A stretch of 64,000 bases of DNA from Eledone cirrhosa (Eukaryota): assembly GCA_964016885.1 (NCBI GenBank), contig OZ024758.1:12276001-12340000 (forward strand). The letters are read 5' to 3'. A program made the translations under genes and the position numbers. Position 1 is the stretch's first letter. Each line of letters begins with the position of its first letter. A model generated the notes under the pieces. The model did not search any database. It worked only from the letters and a program-made list of their open reading frames with translations, and was not told the origin of the DNA. Below, one piece after another: positions 46,840 through 60,017 of the stretch.

Positions 46840-47187
46840 AGTTAATATGCCCACAGGTACTAAGTACCCCTGGAAATATATAGGTTGTCTATGATTCAGG
46901 GTTGTTCTATGGTATTAATTTGACATACCAGAACTATAATATTGAGATAAGCAGAACAAGCAAAATTCAAACAATTTTTTAAAATAAATTAAAAAATATA
47001 ATTTAAATATTTACCTATTCCAATTGCTTTTACGGATCGGTTTCACTTCACTAAAGATTGGAGATCCATGGGGACCTCCAATGGATATATATATATAATG
47101 GAAAAATTTGAACAGGGACAAAACAGAGAGGCAGTACAACAAATGTTTATTAATTTCACGCTCTGGAGAGTGGGGTGTTGGTGGGGG

Positions 47188-47219
47188 ACGACGTTTCGGG
47201 CATAAGCCCTTCCTCAGGT
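47188..47219 (-). ncRNA. minimal hammerhead core (family H)
   Basis: minus strand ac-CTGAGGA-a-gggc-ttat-gccc-GAAA-cg-TC-gt; stem I only 2 bp. Confidence 0.55.
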
Positions 47220-47649
47220 GGGAAGTGTGTGGGAACAGAGTTCAAAGGGTGTGTAGGGGAGTGGTGGAGAGACATATAGCGAAAGGAAACGGTGCGAATG
47301 AAAAAAATAAAAAATAAAGATAAAAATAAAAATAAAGCATGATCAAAATACAAGGAATGAGATAAATTTAAAAATAAAGGCATGATCAAAATAAACTGAA
47401 ATTAAAAGGGGGTTAAACAGGTGGTGGAAGGGTGTGGGGTGTGTAGGGGTGGTGGCGGGTGGAGTGGGGAGAGGGAGACGGGGTGTCCGAGCGGGGAGGG
47501 CTGAAGGTGGTGTGTGTGTGTGTAGGTGTGCGTGTGTGTGTGTGTGTATGTGAAAGTAAGGGTTGGGGGAAGAACGGGGTTGCATGTTCAGGAAGAGGTG
47601 TGGGGGGGGGGGTAAGTTTGTGGGTCGGAGTATATATATATATATATAT

Positions 47650-47900
47650 ATTAAAATAACAGATTAAAGTTTAAGCAAAGAATCGCTGATTTCACCCTTA
47701 ACGGGATCTTCTGAAACTAACAAAGTCAATCTGTAAACGCAGAAGTGGATATTTCAAAAAACGTTGCAACCGGAGGAAGACGGAAAGACGATACTTTGGT
47801 TCGTGGAAACGTTCACTGGCAAAGAACGGGAAAAAAACGAATATAATACGTCATTAATAGGAGCGGTGAAAAACAATTACGCGCAAAGACAGAACCACGT
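47650..47900. mobile_element. family C copy extending beyond the fold-back point seen at 4796
   Basis: nearly identical to 4702-4795, then continues agtggatatttcaaaaaacg. Confidence 0.75.
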
Positions 47901-47938
47901 CGGCCGGAGCTCAGCCGTCGGGTCATGACTCTCGCTCG

Positions 47939-47972
<34 letters not shown>

Positions 47973-47989
47973 CTAAGGCGGGTAAAATT

Positions 47990-48130
47990 CCCGAGATCCA
48001 TGGACGAGTTCTCTCCAGCGGTCTCTGTCCCTCATTATCGCTGCCATGTCCTGCATCTCCAACAGACCAGTGTCTGTCCTTAGGGCATCAACATACGTTA
48101 ACCTTGGTCTTCCTCTTCTAGTGTGTCCAT
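47990..48130 (-). mobile_element. RTE-clade LINE 3' fragment
   Basis: GHTRRGRPRLTYVDALRTDTGLLEMQDMAAIMRDRDRWRELVHG. Confidence 0.7.
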
Positions 48131-48177
48131 AAAATAAAATAAATAAGTCAAATGTTTAAAATTTGGCTTCGTTTATT

Positions 48178-48232
48178 ACTGCTATATATATTTCGGTCAC
48201 AGCCCACTTTGGCTGTGACCTCTTCAGGCAGT
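48178..48232 (-). ncRNA. minimal type I hammerhead ribozyme (family F)
   Basis: minus strand actgc-CTGAAGA-ggtcacagcc-aaagtg-ggctgtgacc-GAAA-tatata-TA-gcagt; all stems perfect. Confidence 0.85.
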
Positions 48233-48373
48233 CCGAATTAGTGTGGAACTGGAATCATATGATTCCAGTTCCTCAGTGAAATAACAACCGAACCAGGAAC
48301 TGGGCATATCAGAGTATTGACAAAGTTAAACACCTCAACAACATGTGTACTCGTCTCTACCACACTAATTCGG

Positions 48374-48428
48374 ACTGCCTGAAGAGGTCACAGCCAAAGA
48401 GAGCTGTCACTGAAATATATGTAGCAGT
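48374..48428 (+). ncRNA. minimal type I hammerhead ribozyme (family F)
   Basis: actgc-CTGAAGA-ggtcacagcc-aaagag-agctgtcact-GAAA-tatatg-TA-gcagt. Confidence 0.75.
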
Positions 48429-49015
48429 AATAAACGAAGCCAAATTTTAAACATTTGACTTATTTATTTTATTTTATTTTACATTACTCCGGAGTAACCA
48501 ACCAACCTGCGCACTTCGCCGAGTGCTCCAATCTGCATACTGAGGTGTTGGTATACAACCAACATATACTCAAAATATATATATATATATATTTATTTAT
48601 TTCATTGTGTCGTGTTTATATTTACGATTTATATTGCTTCTGTTTATAGTAGATTGTGAGACCACATACTGGTATTTCTGAAGGGTGGCGGGTGATAGAG
48701 TTGGTAACGTGGGGAAGAAATTGTTTTGCTGAATTTAATAAAAACTCTTACGATCCGATTTCTAATCCCACCGGAGTCAATAAAAATACAGAAACCAATT
48801 TAATCTATAATGACCCCCTAAAGTACCAGTAATGTACTAGGATAATTGCTGGCATTGTGTCAAATGTAGAAACAATTATTAATACTGCTTATTGGTGGAT
48901 TAAGGGCGGTGGACTGTCCCAGCTTTTTACCTTTTCCCACTTATTGGGGCTGACTTATCTCTTCTTCCATTTTTCTCTGACTGTCTGTCTATTTATCTCT
49001 CTCTATTATATACAT

Positions 49016-49073
<58 letters not shown>

Positions 49074-49714
49074 CAGCAGCAGTAGTTAAGGGGATTGATG
49101 AAGTATATGGTAGGGGTTTGGGCCCCTGTCTGTCCAGATCAAGCAGGTTTATGATGAAAATAAAACACATTCCAGTTGTGATCATCCCGATTTTTTTATA
49201 TGTACAATGAAACCCCAGTTCCATATTATATAACGTATCTTTGTCTAATTTAGCAGGGCCTGACCAATAGCTTTATACCGCAGTCCTCGTCGAAACACCA
49301 GGGGTCCTTGGTCCCCGCACGGCTAATTTCCACTGTAAAATCAGAAAGGAGACGACACGCTTGTGAAGGGATCCCCGTGAGGTGGGGTAGCTGTCGCAGC
49401 AGGTGTCTCTCACCGTTCTCCCTGGTCATCTTTGCTATTTTGTCCATGGTGGGGCCTGGTTGACGCAACACCCAGGCTGGAGTGTAGGGTCTCTCTTCCT
49501 CCCCCACTCCTCTTTCCCTTTCTTTCGTTGCTTGATTCGTTTTTATTTTATTTTTTTTCATTTCCATTTTTTTTCTTCTTTTTAGTTTTGTTTTTATATA
49601 AAGTTTTGTGAAATAAAATATTTTATTGTAGAATTTTATACATGAAAAAAATATTTTTAACTGCTACTTCTAACAAGTTGAGCGACTACGTAGAGGCTGC
49701 TTCGATGGCTCGTG

Positions 49715-50369
49715 GTTGTTGTTGTTGTTGTTGTTGGTGGTGGTGATGATGAATATGGTGGTGGTTGCTGTAGAGGTAATGATGGTGGTGGTATTAGTGG
49801 GGTTAGATGGTGATGATGGTGGTAATGATAAGTGAGATAGTTGTAGTGATGATGATGATGGTGGTGGTGGTGGTGGTGGTGGTGGTGGCATTAGTGGGGT
49901 TAGATGGTGGTGGTGGTGGTGGTGGTGGTGGTGGCATTAGTGGGGTTAGATGGTGATGATGGTGGTGGTGGTGGTGGTGGTGGTGGTGGTGGTGGTGGTG
50001 GTGGCATTAGTGGGGTTAGATGGTGATGATGGTGGTGGTGGTGGTGGTGGCATTAGTGGGGTTAGATGGTGATGATGATGGTGGTGGTGGTGGTGGTGGT
50101 GGTGGTGGTGGTGGTGGTGGTGGTGGCATTAGTGGGGTTAGATGGTGATGATGGTGGTGGTGGTGGTGGTGGTGGTGGTGGTGGCATTAGTGGGGTTAGA
50201 TGGTGATGATGGTGGTGGTGGTGGTGGTGGTGGTGGTGGCATTAGTGGGGTTAGATGGTGATGATGGTGGTGGTGGTGGTGGTGGTGGTGGTGGCATTAG
50301 TGGGGTTAGATGGTGATGATGGTGGTGGTAATGATAAGTGAGATAGTTGTAGTGTATGATGGTGGTGGT

Positions 50370-50408
<39 letters not shown>

Positions 50409-51135
50409 TATGGTGATGACGGGTGTGATGGTGATGTCGGCATTGGGGGGGTAATGGGGGTGTCGTCGTCGCTGTTGTCAGTGTGTTTTGATGGAAGTGA
50501 TAGTGTTTGGTAAGGGTGGTAGTTAGAGGTGGTGGTAGTGGTGGTAGCGGTGGTGGTGGTAGTGGTGGTGGTAGTGGTGGTGGTAGCGGTGGTGGTGGTA
50601 GAGGTGGTGGTAATGGTGGTGGTAGTGGTGGTGGTAGTGGTGGTGGTAGCGGTGGTGGTGGTAGAGGTGGTGGTAATGGTGGTGGTAGTGGTGGTGGTAG
50701 TGGTGGTGGTAGTGGTGGTGGTAGCGGTGGTGGTGGTAGAGGTGGTGGTAATGGTGGTGGTAGTGGTGGTGGTAGTGGTGGTGGTAGTGATGGTGGTAGT
50801 GGTGGTGGTAGCGGTGGTGGTGGTAGAGGTGGTGGTAATGGTGGTGGTAGTGGTGGTGGTAGTGGTGGTGGTAGTGATGGTGGTAGTGGTGGTGGTAGCG
50901 GTGGTGGTGGTAGAGGTGGTGGTAATGGTGGTGGTAGTGGTGGTGGTAGTGATGGTGGTAGTGGTGGTGGTAGCGGTGGTGGTGGTAGAGGTGGTGGTAG
51001 TGGTGGTGGTAGTGGTGGTGGTAATGGTGGTGGTAGTGGTGGTGGTAGTGGTGGTGGTAGAGGTGGTGGTAATGGTGGTGGTAGTGGTGGTGGTAGTGGT
51101 GGTGGTAGTGGTGGTGGTAGTGGTGGTGGTAGGTG
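49715..51135. repeat. (GGT)n-based compound minisatellites
   Basis: ggcattagtggggttagatggtgatgat units, then GGT/AGT arrays. Confidence 0.95.
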
Positions 51136-51214
51136 GGGTTTGGTGAGGTTTATAAATTCGAAGAGTTCCGCTGGTTTTCATCTTAAGGAAAACTATTCTA
51201 CATGTAGCCAACTC

Positions 51215-51547
51215 CAAGACAGAGAGAGAGAGATAGATACAGAGAGAGATACAGATAGATACAGGGAGAGAGAGAGAGAGAGATACAGATATATATATAT
51301 ACAGATAGAGATACAAGGAAAGAGAGAGATAGAGGCAAAGATACAGAGAGAGATTCAGAGAGAGAGAGAGAGATACAGAGAGGGAGACAGAGAGAGGAAA
51401 AAGAGGACGAACAGGGGAAGGGAAATGTTAAAGGAAACAAAAACTGGGGTAGAAAGGTGAAAAGTAAAGGAGATAGACAGACAGACAGACAGACAGATAT
51501 GTTTCTTTTATTTGCCACCAGGGCATCAAAAGTGGGACAAGTACAAT

Positions 51548-51625
<78 letters not shown>

Positions 51626-51684
51626 GAGAAAGAGAGAGAGAGACAGAGACACAGAGAGAGAGAGAGAGAGATAGACAGACAGAC

Positions 51685-51729
<45 letters not shown>

Positions 51730-52670
51730 TCAGTAGAAAAGTAATGTGATAGAGAGAAAAAATATTGAAAAGAAACGAAAGCTGCTTCACAACAACAACT
51801 TGAAGAAAGACGAGAACACAACACCAACGATAACAACTTCTGTGATACTACCACACCAACTACTACCACCTCTACTACTACCGCTACTACTACTACTACC
51901 ACACCAACTACTACCACCTCTACTACTACCGCTACTACTACTACTACCACACCAACTACTACCACCTCTACTACTACCGCTACTACTACTACTACCACAC
52001 CAACTACTACCACCTCTACTACTACCGCTACTAATACTACTACTGCTGCAACTAATACTGCTACTACTACTACTACAACAGAAGCTACCACCACTACTAC
52101 TACCGCAACTAATACTGCTACTACCGCTACTATTACTACTACTACAACAGAAGCTACCACCACTACTGCTACCGCAACTAATACTGCTACTACCGCTACT
52201 ACTACTACTACTACTACAACAGAAGCTACCACCACTACTACTACCGCAACTAATACTGCTACTACCGCTACTACTACTACTACTACTACAACAGAAGCTA
52301 CCACCACTACTACTACCGCTACTACTACTACTACTACAACAGAAGCTACCACCACTACTGCTACCGCAACTAATACTACTGCAGTTACCACCACTACTAC
52401 AGCAGCTACCACTACTACTGCTAACGCCACCACTAGTACTACTACCGCAACCACTATTACTACTACTACTACTACTACTACTAATACTACCACTACAGCA
52501 GCTACTACTACCGCCACCACCACCGCAAAAGTAGCTACCACTACTACAACTACTACTACCGCAACTACTACTACTACTACTACTACTACCACTACCACCA
52601 CTACCACCACTACCACTACTACTACTACTACTACTACCACCACTACCACTACTACTACTGCTGCTACTGC
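51215..52670. repeat. (GA)n/(GATA)n and (CTA)n-based arrays
   Basis: direct reading. Confidence 0.9.
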
Positions 52671-53145
52671 GGCAGTCACAACTCCGTCCAGCAACCAGCA
52701 ACCAAAACAATGGTTAAAAGCTCAAGTGAAGGACTGTTACTATAAATATCTCCACGTGGTATGAAAACCACTTGGCACTTCACGGCCTGTAATAACCATT
52801 TGATGTATGTCAGGCGTGAAAGATCTCACTAGTAAGGACCAGAGAAGGTAACAGACAAGGCAAACAGTAGCATCAACAAGAACGCCAATAATATATACAC
52901 AACACACACGCACACATATATATATTATATATATTTATATATATATTTAGTTACAAAAGTGATATATATACAGGTACTTGGGTTATACACCCAAAACTCA
53001 TTCAGCCTGTTGTAAAAAGAAAAAACTTCAGTACTTGTATATCTCGTTGTTGTAACTAATTATACTTAACCCGTCCTAAGGACTCAGTGTCCTAACCCTT
53101 GGATATTTCAACCCTACTTTTTACTACAGCACATATATACACACA

Positions 53146-53184
<39 letters not shown>

Positions 53185-53763
53185 ATGTGTGTGTGTGTGT
53201 TTATGTTTGCAAAAGTAAACAGACAAAAGAAACTAACTGACATAGTTCAATGAAGATTTATATTAGTTTAACGCTTCATATAATAAGGAAAACGTTTTAA
53301 CGTTTCGGAATATATATTTGCTTTGTTTCCGTGGTTCTTGTTTTGATTTTAAAAAGGGAAAAAAAGTTGTAAAAAAAATATTATCAACAACCGCTTTTAA
53401 GACAAGCAGTGGCTAACAAACAGATATACAAACAGTAGTAAAGTTGTTTTGTTTTCATTAACAAGAGCAGTAACAGGGAAAAAAAAAATTATTATTATAA
53501 CGATAACTACAAGAAAAAGAAAGCAAAAACTACAATAACTACAACAACAACAACAACAGAAATAATTGCAAATAAAAGAATTCTATAAATTTAAGAAATT
53601 TATCAATAAACAAAAACGATAGAAATATATTTTTAAAACTTTTATACATATATATACACATATATAGAAGACATACAAACACTTCATATTTTTACTGATA
53701 TATATATATATATATACTACTAATATGTAATTTATTTTCACATACATACATACATATATAACC

Positions 53764-53797
<34 letters not shown>

Positions 53798-54039
53798 CGT
53801 ACATACAAGTACACATACAAATATAGGCGTCTTTCTCACGCGTACACCATATCTATCTCTCCCTCTCTCTATCTATCTATCTATCTCTCAAGTATTTATA
53901 AATAACTTAGACTCCAAATGAATATACACATATATACATACATGCGCTTATATGTGTAAAACTATCTACACGTATAATATGCACACACAAATACAGCAAC
54001 ATATAGGTAGGTATATGTATAGGTAGATATATATAGGTG

Positions 54040-54103
<64 letters not shown>

Positions 54104-54147
54104 CATACATACATACATGATGTATGTGTATATATAAACATATACAT

Positions 54148-54186
54148 GATGGCTGCCCCCTCGTTATCGAGTATGGCCATTGCACA

Positions 54187-54272
<86 letters not shown>

Positions 54273-54825
54273 GCAATAATAATAATAACGACAACAACAA
54301 TAATATACATATCCACACATACATACACACACACGCACGCACATAAGCATATCTACACACACACACACACACACAAACACACGATAGCAACTAACAGTGC
54401 TGCGATCGAATGTGGCTTTTTAGCCCAGCCAATGATCCAAAATGTCTTGCACAGAGTCGGCAACCAAAACATTTACTGGGAATAGTCGGCTGTGGTTGGA
54501 GTTCGTGTACTTTTGCATGTCGCTTGAGTCCTCCTGCTGATTTACATTCTCTACCACATGTTTGGCAAGCATGATGAGTAGCATCTCCAACAGCAGCCTG
54601 GTAGTCAACCACTGGTCTTACTTTATGACTGCGAAGATGACTTTCGAGTCCAGCTTTGCTTAGACAGAGTCTCGCACAGACGCTGCATGTCAGAAACATA
54701 GGAGGACCCTCGCCGTCTGGAAGTGCAACAGCAATACCCTTCCTCACGTCCCGCTTTACTTTCTCGTGTGCGATTCGAGATGCCTCAAAGGCAACTTTTC
54801 CCTCATATACAGTCTTTCTCCATTT
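54148..54825 (-). mobile_element. RTE-like LINE 3' end: ORF2 C-terminus with three C2H2 zinc fingers, stop at about 54391, probable terminal stem-loop at 54148-54190
   Basis: WRKTVYEG...CSVCARLCLSKAGLESHLRSH...CQTCGRECKSAGGLKRHAKVH...CRLCARHFGSLAGLKSHIRSQH. Confidence 0.65.
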
Positions 54826-54930
54826 ATAATAAAATTGAGTAAAGGTGCACAATAGCAAAACCAATTTAACAATGAAAAATATAAAATAAAAAAACATATA
54901 CATACATACATACATACATACATACATACA

Positions 54931-54964
<34 letters not shown>

Positions 54965-55329
54965 CATACATACATATCGTAAAGCCATATATGTATGTAT
55001 TAGTTTTTATTAATCCACACTAAAGTATATTTGATATAACTAACTATATATTAAATATATATATATTATATATTAAATATTATTATATATTAAATATATA
55101 TATATATTATATATATATATATACTACATATATGTATATATATTATATATATTATACATATATATCGGATAACACAGTCACACTTGAGACTTGAATGAAC
55201 TACCAAAGGAGTATACACTGTTTGTTTACATCTCACACAACACAACTCAACACAATGTTTTGGAATATTTTCATTAAATGGGTAAGTATTGTTATTATTA
55301 CTCTGTAGGCTGTTTAATTTGAGGAGTAG

Positions 55330-55620
55330 ATGAGTGCCCTTCCCGGGTGCCCTAGCTGCGTCGGGTGGTTCAGGATTGGTGGTGTTTCCTGAGTCACCCC
55401 TCAGTGGTTCACCCCCCAATTGGGGAATTTATTTTGTTATGTTTATATATAATTTATTTTATATTTTTCATTGTTAAATTGGTTTTGCTATTGTGCACCT
55501 TTACTCAATTTTATTATAAACCCCTACTGTCCGTGCCTTTGTATTGTCTCCCTATGTGTCGGCCCTTGTGGCCAATACATGAAACCGTTGTTACTTTTCT
55601 TATTATTACTACTATTATTA
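55330..55620 (+). mobile_element. probable LINE 3' UTR/tail (clade unresolved)
   Basis: T-rich tract then ttgtattgtctccctatgtgtcggcccttgtggccaatacatgaaacc plus (TTA)n; second copy at 56480-56600. Confidence 0.5.
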
Positions 55621-55865
55621 GGTTGACTTTGCCTTTCATCCTTACGGGGTCGATAAAATAAAGTACCAGTAATGCACTGGGTAATTGCTGGCCCTGTGCC
55701 TAAAGTAGAAACAATTATTATTGTCCCTTTACGATCTGAGTTCAAATCCCGCCGAGGTTGACTTTGCCTTTCATCCTTACGGGGTCGATAAAATAAAGTA
55801 CCAGTAATGCACTGGGTAATTGCTGGCCTTGTGCCTAAAGTAGAAACAATTATTATTATTATTAT
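55620..55865 (+). mobile_element. two tandem 5'-truncated Meta-type SINEs
   Basis: ggttgactttgcctttcatccttacggggtcgataaaataaagtaccag twice, (TTA)n tails. Confidence 0.8.
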
Positions 55866-56034
55866 TACTTTTTTTCAGTTATTTGCATTGTTTGTTTACC
55901 AATATTTATTAGAATGTTGTTGATGTGTGTATACATTTTTAGGGGGACACCCTGTATATATTTATTTGCTTTACTTCACTGCACAACCAGGTACAATTCT
56001 GGTTGTGTATGTGTGTATGTGTGTTATTTTGCGC

Positions 56035-56074
<40 letters not shown>

Positions 56075-56949
56075 ATATATATATATAAGTATTGACGAGG
56101 TGTCAAATTTTCATTTAACTTTATTTAGGTGTGACGCGCGTTTCGCTATTGATCATCTCATGGTTCGATCTCTAACGATCGGGCCCGATTCTGGAATCAA
56201 AAGCTCATCACACTTCTCTTTAGCTTAATGACAGTTTTGAATTTTTCAATTCTTAAGGTCGAATCAAAAGAGTGCCGGGCAAAATATTCAATCTGAGTTG
56301 AAATGCCGCAGGGTTTCGATCTCGCTCGTTCATTAAATAATTCAAATAAATAATCAAATGCTGTAGATCGATATAATCAATTCACCCCCACACCTACACC
56401 CTTCCAGAAAAATCTGTCTTGCGCCTGAGAAAGAATGTATTTGTTGTTTTTTTACTGATAGTATTTATTATTATTATTATTGTGTATTTTCACACAATTT
56501 TATTGTAACCCACCCCACACACCCCCACAGTCCTCGTCTTTGTATTGTCCCCTATCTGTCGGCCCTTGTGGCCAACAAATGAAACCATTATTATTAATAT
56601 ATATATTATTATTATGATTGTCGAGTTAAAACTCCTGCTGTTTTTGTATTTTCTCCGTGTAATATGCCGAACCGTTTACTCGTTTGGGACCTTTAAAAAA
56701 AGGGGGTTGGGGAGGAAACTAAGTATTTATTAGGACAAAGATACTGTAGGGGTGTCCACAGTTCCAACTGGTCGGCTAGACCCACAACAAGTTTGTAATA
56801 TGAACGGTCAACTAGATAAACAACATAGGGAGTCGGCTGACCACGTCGATAACGGCGCACACAGCCTCCAATAATTGGGTTACCGAATTAGTTAAGTGAC
56901 AGTTGACAAGTGTGATAATTAGAGTATAATCGATAAGATTCAGCAAAGA

Positions 56950-57640
56950 AATTGTGATAGGAAATAATAGATAAGAGGAGAGAGACCTAATAATCCTGTT
57001 AGAAGAGACGATTGAGAAAAGTATTAAGATTGACTGTGTTAGTGTTAGGTTTGAGATTAGGGCCTGGTTCGATTGGAAGCTTTTAGTGAATAGGGAATGG
57101 GAAGAGGTTACGTGTAGGGTGGCTGGTCCCACCCAGAAATGGGTCTTCGTCATATGCTACCACCTGACCGCTGTTTGGAACGTCTGCGATTTTGCTTTAA
57201 GTGTAAGGAACGCGTTCGACTGTTCAACAGGTCCATTTGCTGCTAACACTTCTCTGCATGGAGGGTTTTCTACGCCGTGGCTGATCTACATAGAAATGCT
57301 CTGAATCTACGACGTGTGCAGAGATTCTTGGAGGGTGAACAAGTTCGAGCTCCCTTTACCAGGCATGTTTTTTTTTTTTGGGGGGGGGGGGGGTCACAGT
57401 TCATCTTTTTTAGCAGAACTGGAATCCTAGATGAAGCGAGCGAACATCAAGCCTAGATGTCTGGCATTTGGGATCTTGCCAAGTACTCACAACCTTCCAT
57501 CAACGGGGCAATGTGGACGGTGGGATGTCTACGTTAGCTTTCTATAGTGGATTAGTTATTAAGAAGAACCGGTTACGTTCTTGGGGCAACTCAGGGTGGT
57601 AGCTGGTCTATTCCGGGAGTCTTCCAATGTGGCGGCTACG
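56950..57640 (+). pseudogene. heavily decayed non-LTR reverse transcriptase remnant
   Basis: in-order scraps across frames: GFLRRG*ST, LNLRRV, FELPL, GILDE, GATQGGS, resembling GFR.GRST..LRR...PL...GIP...GV.QG. Confidence 0.3.
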
Positions 57641-58313
57641 TTTAAGTTCCCTAAATTCCAAGCTGTTGCTGGTGAGGAAGGTTCATTCTCGGAATAGCTG
57701 TCAGAAGGAGACTACTAACAATAAAGATATAAGTGATAGTGATGTGGAAGGACATCATGTGTAAATATAGAAGTGTGCCTGTCAAAACCACAGTAGAATG
57801 TTAGCTTAAGTAAAACATGATGAACTCTAAGACGTCGAAAAGAAATTAGTGGAATATGAGAATATCTCGCAAGTAATGAGGACTCTGCAAATATAATCCT
57901 CGTCAACCATAGCTTACATTTGTAGTTGTAATTATTGGAGCTTTCGGTTATATAACTAACTGATCCAATACCAGGCTTAAGAAGCTGGGCTTCCTAAAAC
58001 CAGAAGAACACAGCTGGGACCATCACGGCCAGAAGCTATGACATGAAATGGGAAAATGTGGGAAATATTAGAAAAAAGGTAACATGTTATAAATACATAT
58101 ACGTATACATACACAGGTATAGCTATGCAAACGCATGCATACATACGTGAAATCATACACATCCACACATACAATACATTTCTGCTTGAACACATACATA
58201 CGTGAACACACACGTGTGTGTGTGTGTGCGTGCGTGTGCGCGTGTGTGTGCGTGTGAGTGATTCCCGGGTTCAATCGGGGGTAAACACAGTAAGTAAGGT
58301 ACTCAATACATAG

Positions 58314-58403
<90 letters not shown>

Positions 58404-58406
<3 letters not shown>

Positions 58407-58622
58407 TGAAGGCGTGTGGCTGCGTGGTTAGAGAATTGGATTCGCGATCGTAAGGTTGTGAGTTCGATTCCTGGACCAGGCGATGCGTTATGTCCTTGAG
58501 CAAGACACTTTATTTCACGTTGCTCCTTCTACCTGGAGTTGCGACCGATAGATAGTATTAGCAATTGGAAAGACCAACGGAAACATTGTTCCCTCGGTCC
58601 GATTTGACGAAAGTCGATCGTT
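58404..58622 (+). mobile_element. tRNA-derived CORE-type SINE
   Basis: near-identical to 1977-2192 and likewise directly after (TA)n. Confidence 0.8.
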
Positions 58623-58729
58623 CCTATATATATAACTAGACAGCTGATTTTATCTAAATTCCTTTGCTTTTGGGTTAGAAACCGGCTCATTCTCGATTAG
58701 CGAGAAATTTGAAAAAATTAAACCGGAAG

Positions 58730-59945
58730 AACATACAAAAACACGTGTATATATACACACACGTACATATATACACAAACACGTGTATATATACACACAC
58801 GTACATATATACACAAACACGTGTATATATACACACACGTACATATATACAAAAACACGTGTATATATACACACACATACATATATACACAAACACGTGT
58901 ATATATACACACACATACATATATACAAAAACACGTGTATATATACACACACGTACATATATACACAAACACGTGTATATATACACACACGTACATATAT
59001 ACACAAACACGTGTATATATACACACACGTACATATATACAAAAGCACGTGTATATATACACACACATACATATATACAAAAGCACGTGTATATATACAC
59101 ACACATACATATATACAAAAACACGTGTATATATACACACACGTACATATATACAAAAACACGTGTATATATACACACACGTACATATATACACAAACAC
59201 GTGTATATATACACACACGTACATATATACAAAAGCACGTGTATATATACACACACGTACATATATACACAAACACGTGTATATATACACACACGTACAT
59301 ATATACACAAACACGTGTATATATACACACACGTACATATATACAAAAACACGTGTGCATATACACACACGTACATATATACACAAACACATGTGCATAT
59401 ACACACACGTACATATATACACAAACACATGTGCATATACACACACGTACATATATACACAAACACGTGTATATATACACACACGTACATATATACAAAA
59501 GCACGTGTATATATACACACACGTACATATATACAAAAACACGTGTATATATACACACACGTAAATATATACACAAACACATGTGCATATACACACACGT
59601 AAATATATACACAAACACATATATATATACACACACGTACATATATACACAAACACGTGTATATATACACACACGTACATATATACAAAAACACGTGTAT
59701 ATATACACACACGTACATATATACACAAACACATGTGCATATACACACACGTACATATATACAAAAACACGTATATATATACACACACGTACTATATACA
59801 CAAACACATGTGCATATACACACACGTACGTATATACACAAACACGTGTATATATACACACACGTACATATATACACAAACACGTGTATATATACACACA
59901 CGTACATATATACACAAACACGTGTATATATACACACACTTACAT
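58730..59945. repeat. 38-bp minisatellite, about 32 copies
   Basis: acacgtgtatatatacacacacgtacatatatacacaa. Confidence 0.95.
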
Positions 59946-60017
59946 ATTTTGGATCAAATTTAAATGTTTCATGTGAACTAGAAACTAGGTAGTTCGTATT
60001 TTTAACTCAAATCAGTG

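Larger units (their letters stand above)
48130..48478. mobile_element. family F fold-back, about 117-bp arms (48130-48246 / 48360-48476)
   Basis: inverted arms plus the perfect 28-bp palindrome ggaactggaatcatatgattccagttcc at 48245-48272. Confidence 0.85.

Noticed and set aside
49250-49620. GC-richer island followed by a T-rich tract
   Set aside because: Probably a retroelement 3' fragment, but no motif I can identify
49880-50320. Telomere-like ggggttag motifs
   Set aside because: Single motif within a GGT minisatellite unit, not tandem TTAGGG
50408-52710. Gly/Ser-, Thr- and Val-rich ORFs resembling structural or mucin proteins
   Set aside because: Pure trinucleotide arrays open in many frames, no unique domain or splice evidence
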